The translations under genes and the position numbers were made by a program. From Psammoneis japonica (Eukaryota), in NCBI GenBank assembly GCA_008632985.1, contig QPGO01000117.1, positions 186,001-250,000 on the forward strand: 64,000 nt of DNA. The letters are read 5' to 3'. Below are positions 62,351 to 64,000 of this stretch, in pieces. The stretch's first letter is position 1. Each line of letters opens with the position of its first letter. The notes below the pieces were generated by a model that made no database searches, was not told where the DNA came from, and saw nothing but the letters and a program-made list of their open reading frames with translations.

Positions 62351-62816
62351 ATATTATCAATTGTGGAACCGAGACAACACCGAGAAGAAGCACAGAAAGC
62401 ACCATGGCGGATCTTCTTGGATCATGGAATTCGCGCGATTGGATTCCATCTGCAATATTTTAAATATATGTATGTATGTATAAAATAATTAAAAAACTAT
62501 TCAGTACTGGATGTTTAATATTAAAAAATATGTCCCAACGGACAATGTCTGTCTGTGCATCGGCAGGCGCCAATCATGTCAAATTTTATGTCAAACGCAC
62601 CTCGAGCTCGGAGCGAGCGAGCGGTGACCATGCCGCCAGCGCACATAAGCGTCAAGCGTCGCTTCAACACACAAGTTGCTTTGATCTGTTGCAACAGTAG
62701 TCAGCAAGACAGCAAATATCGTCATACCGACCTTATCGTATTTCTTAGTCAAGGCCAAAAGGGGTCTTTGTTGCGTGTATTCGTTCATTTGCAACTGGCC
62801 TGATATATTATTCTTC

Positions 62817-64000
62817 ATGGGTACCTATCTCTCCACACCGGTCGTTGACAAGGACACGGAATCGGGTGAATCCCTGAAATGTCCCATCTCACCCGTGGCT
62901 TGGGGCGTCGTTGATATGCAAGGATGGCGCAAGACCATGGAAGACGCTCACGTGGCGTGTACAGATCTTGATATACCCCTACATTTAGACGTACAGGAAA
63001 GCTCTAAAATGACAAAGCATCAGGCAAAGGTGTTTGGAGTTTTTGATGGTCACGGAGGACCGGAAGTTGCTCGGTTTTGTCAATTGTATCTCGTTGATGT
63101 AATCAAGTGTATGCATACCTGGAAGCAGGACTCGCCAAAAGAGAGGGACGCTGTGGGACAAGCGCTTGTGACGGCTTTTCATGCTCTGGATCGAATGATT
63201 GATGATCCCTCGAGAAGGTATGCTCTACCTTACCGTATGAATTTGTTTGCGCACTTAAGAACGGCAAAGCGTTTTATTATGAGTTGTTCAGAGCCTATTT
63301 CATACGTCTCATGTCTGTCTTTTTGCTTATGTTTTGATTACACAGAGAAGAACTGTTTCGCTTACAACACGAGAAACCACAGCACGGAGAGCGACGGACG
63401 GTCATTCTAGACTTGCCAGAAGGATTTTACGAGGGTCCAATGCCGCACCTGCATAATGTCAACGATACAGATGATAGTAAAATGGACACGACAACAAAGG
63501 AAGAGACCAAAGAAGCGAGCAAGGATACGCCAGATGTCAACGATACAGATGACTGTGAAATGGACACAACAACAAAGGAAGAGCCCAAAGAAGCCAGCAA
63601 GGATACTGAGACTCCAGAGGACGAAGCTTCAGCAACGAAAGAAGTCAATGACGCATCTGGAAAAGATCAAAACGGTACAGACTCAAAAAGAAGAGGATGA
63701 CTCCAAGGATGATGACTCCAACAAAAAGGTTGGTGTCAGCGAAGAAGAACAGAATGAATTTGAAATGGAGAGCGAAAGTAGTAACCAAGAAGAGAAGGAG
63801 CGCCAGCAACGAACTCTGTCCGTTGTCCAACCCGGTGGAATTTTGGAGCAAATTCTAGACATTGGCGGCGGAGATCAATTGTCGATTTCTCGCGGTGATT
63901 CTGGGCAAGTAGAGATTCAAGTCACCGACGAAGAGGGCGTGGAGGACGGTAATGGTAAGTGCTGTTCTTGGTATGTTGTTCTGGTGTTGTTGAATCTCGT
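62817..64000 (+). CDS. Protein phosphatase 2C with acidic insertion (PPM1G-like), partial; intron ~63218-63345
   Basis: MGTYLSTP myristoylation-type start, MQGWRKTMEDAH, FGVFDGHGG; acidic insert; apparent +1 A at ~63685-63689. Confidence 0.88.
63456..63609 (+). repeat. 78-bp (26-aa) coding tandem duplication in the PP2C acidic insert
   Basis: VNDTDDSKMDTTTKEETKEASKDT / VNDTDDCEMDTTTKEEPKEASKDT. Confidence 0.9.

Overview
Eukaryotic nuclear DNA, most likely a pennate diatom: short 66-130 bp GT-AG introns, a diatom-type (CoDi) Ty1/copia element, an ASAFAP-like plastid presequence, and an N-terminally extended oxidosqualene cyclase. Ordinary gene-dense segments alternate with sharply bounded blocks (about 1-13.9 kb, 17.8-19.6 kb, 23.1-24.0 kb, 28.1-38.3 kb, 57.4-58.3 kb) that are almost devoid of TpA and, in the older blocks, also of CpG. 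The main finding is evidence for a repeat-targeted mutational system converting TpA to TpG/CpA (A:T->G:C on both strands). Nearly all conserved Tyr codons of the Copia polyprotein have become Cys or His (YVDD->CVDD), the two LTRs differ almost only at TA/CG-derived sites, and surviving TpA sites are mostly YTAR. A near-identical duplicated host gene pair (GH38 alpha-mannosidase) is untouched, unlike what fungal RIP would do. Other highlights: a probably plastid-targeted UxxC selenoprotein with a SECIS lacking the apical AA, a secreted FG-GAP/amidohydrolase fusion, and a Plavaka-like transposon relic. All counts are manual and all family assignments come from motif recognition, not database searches.
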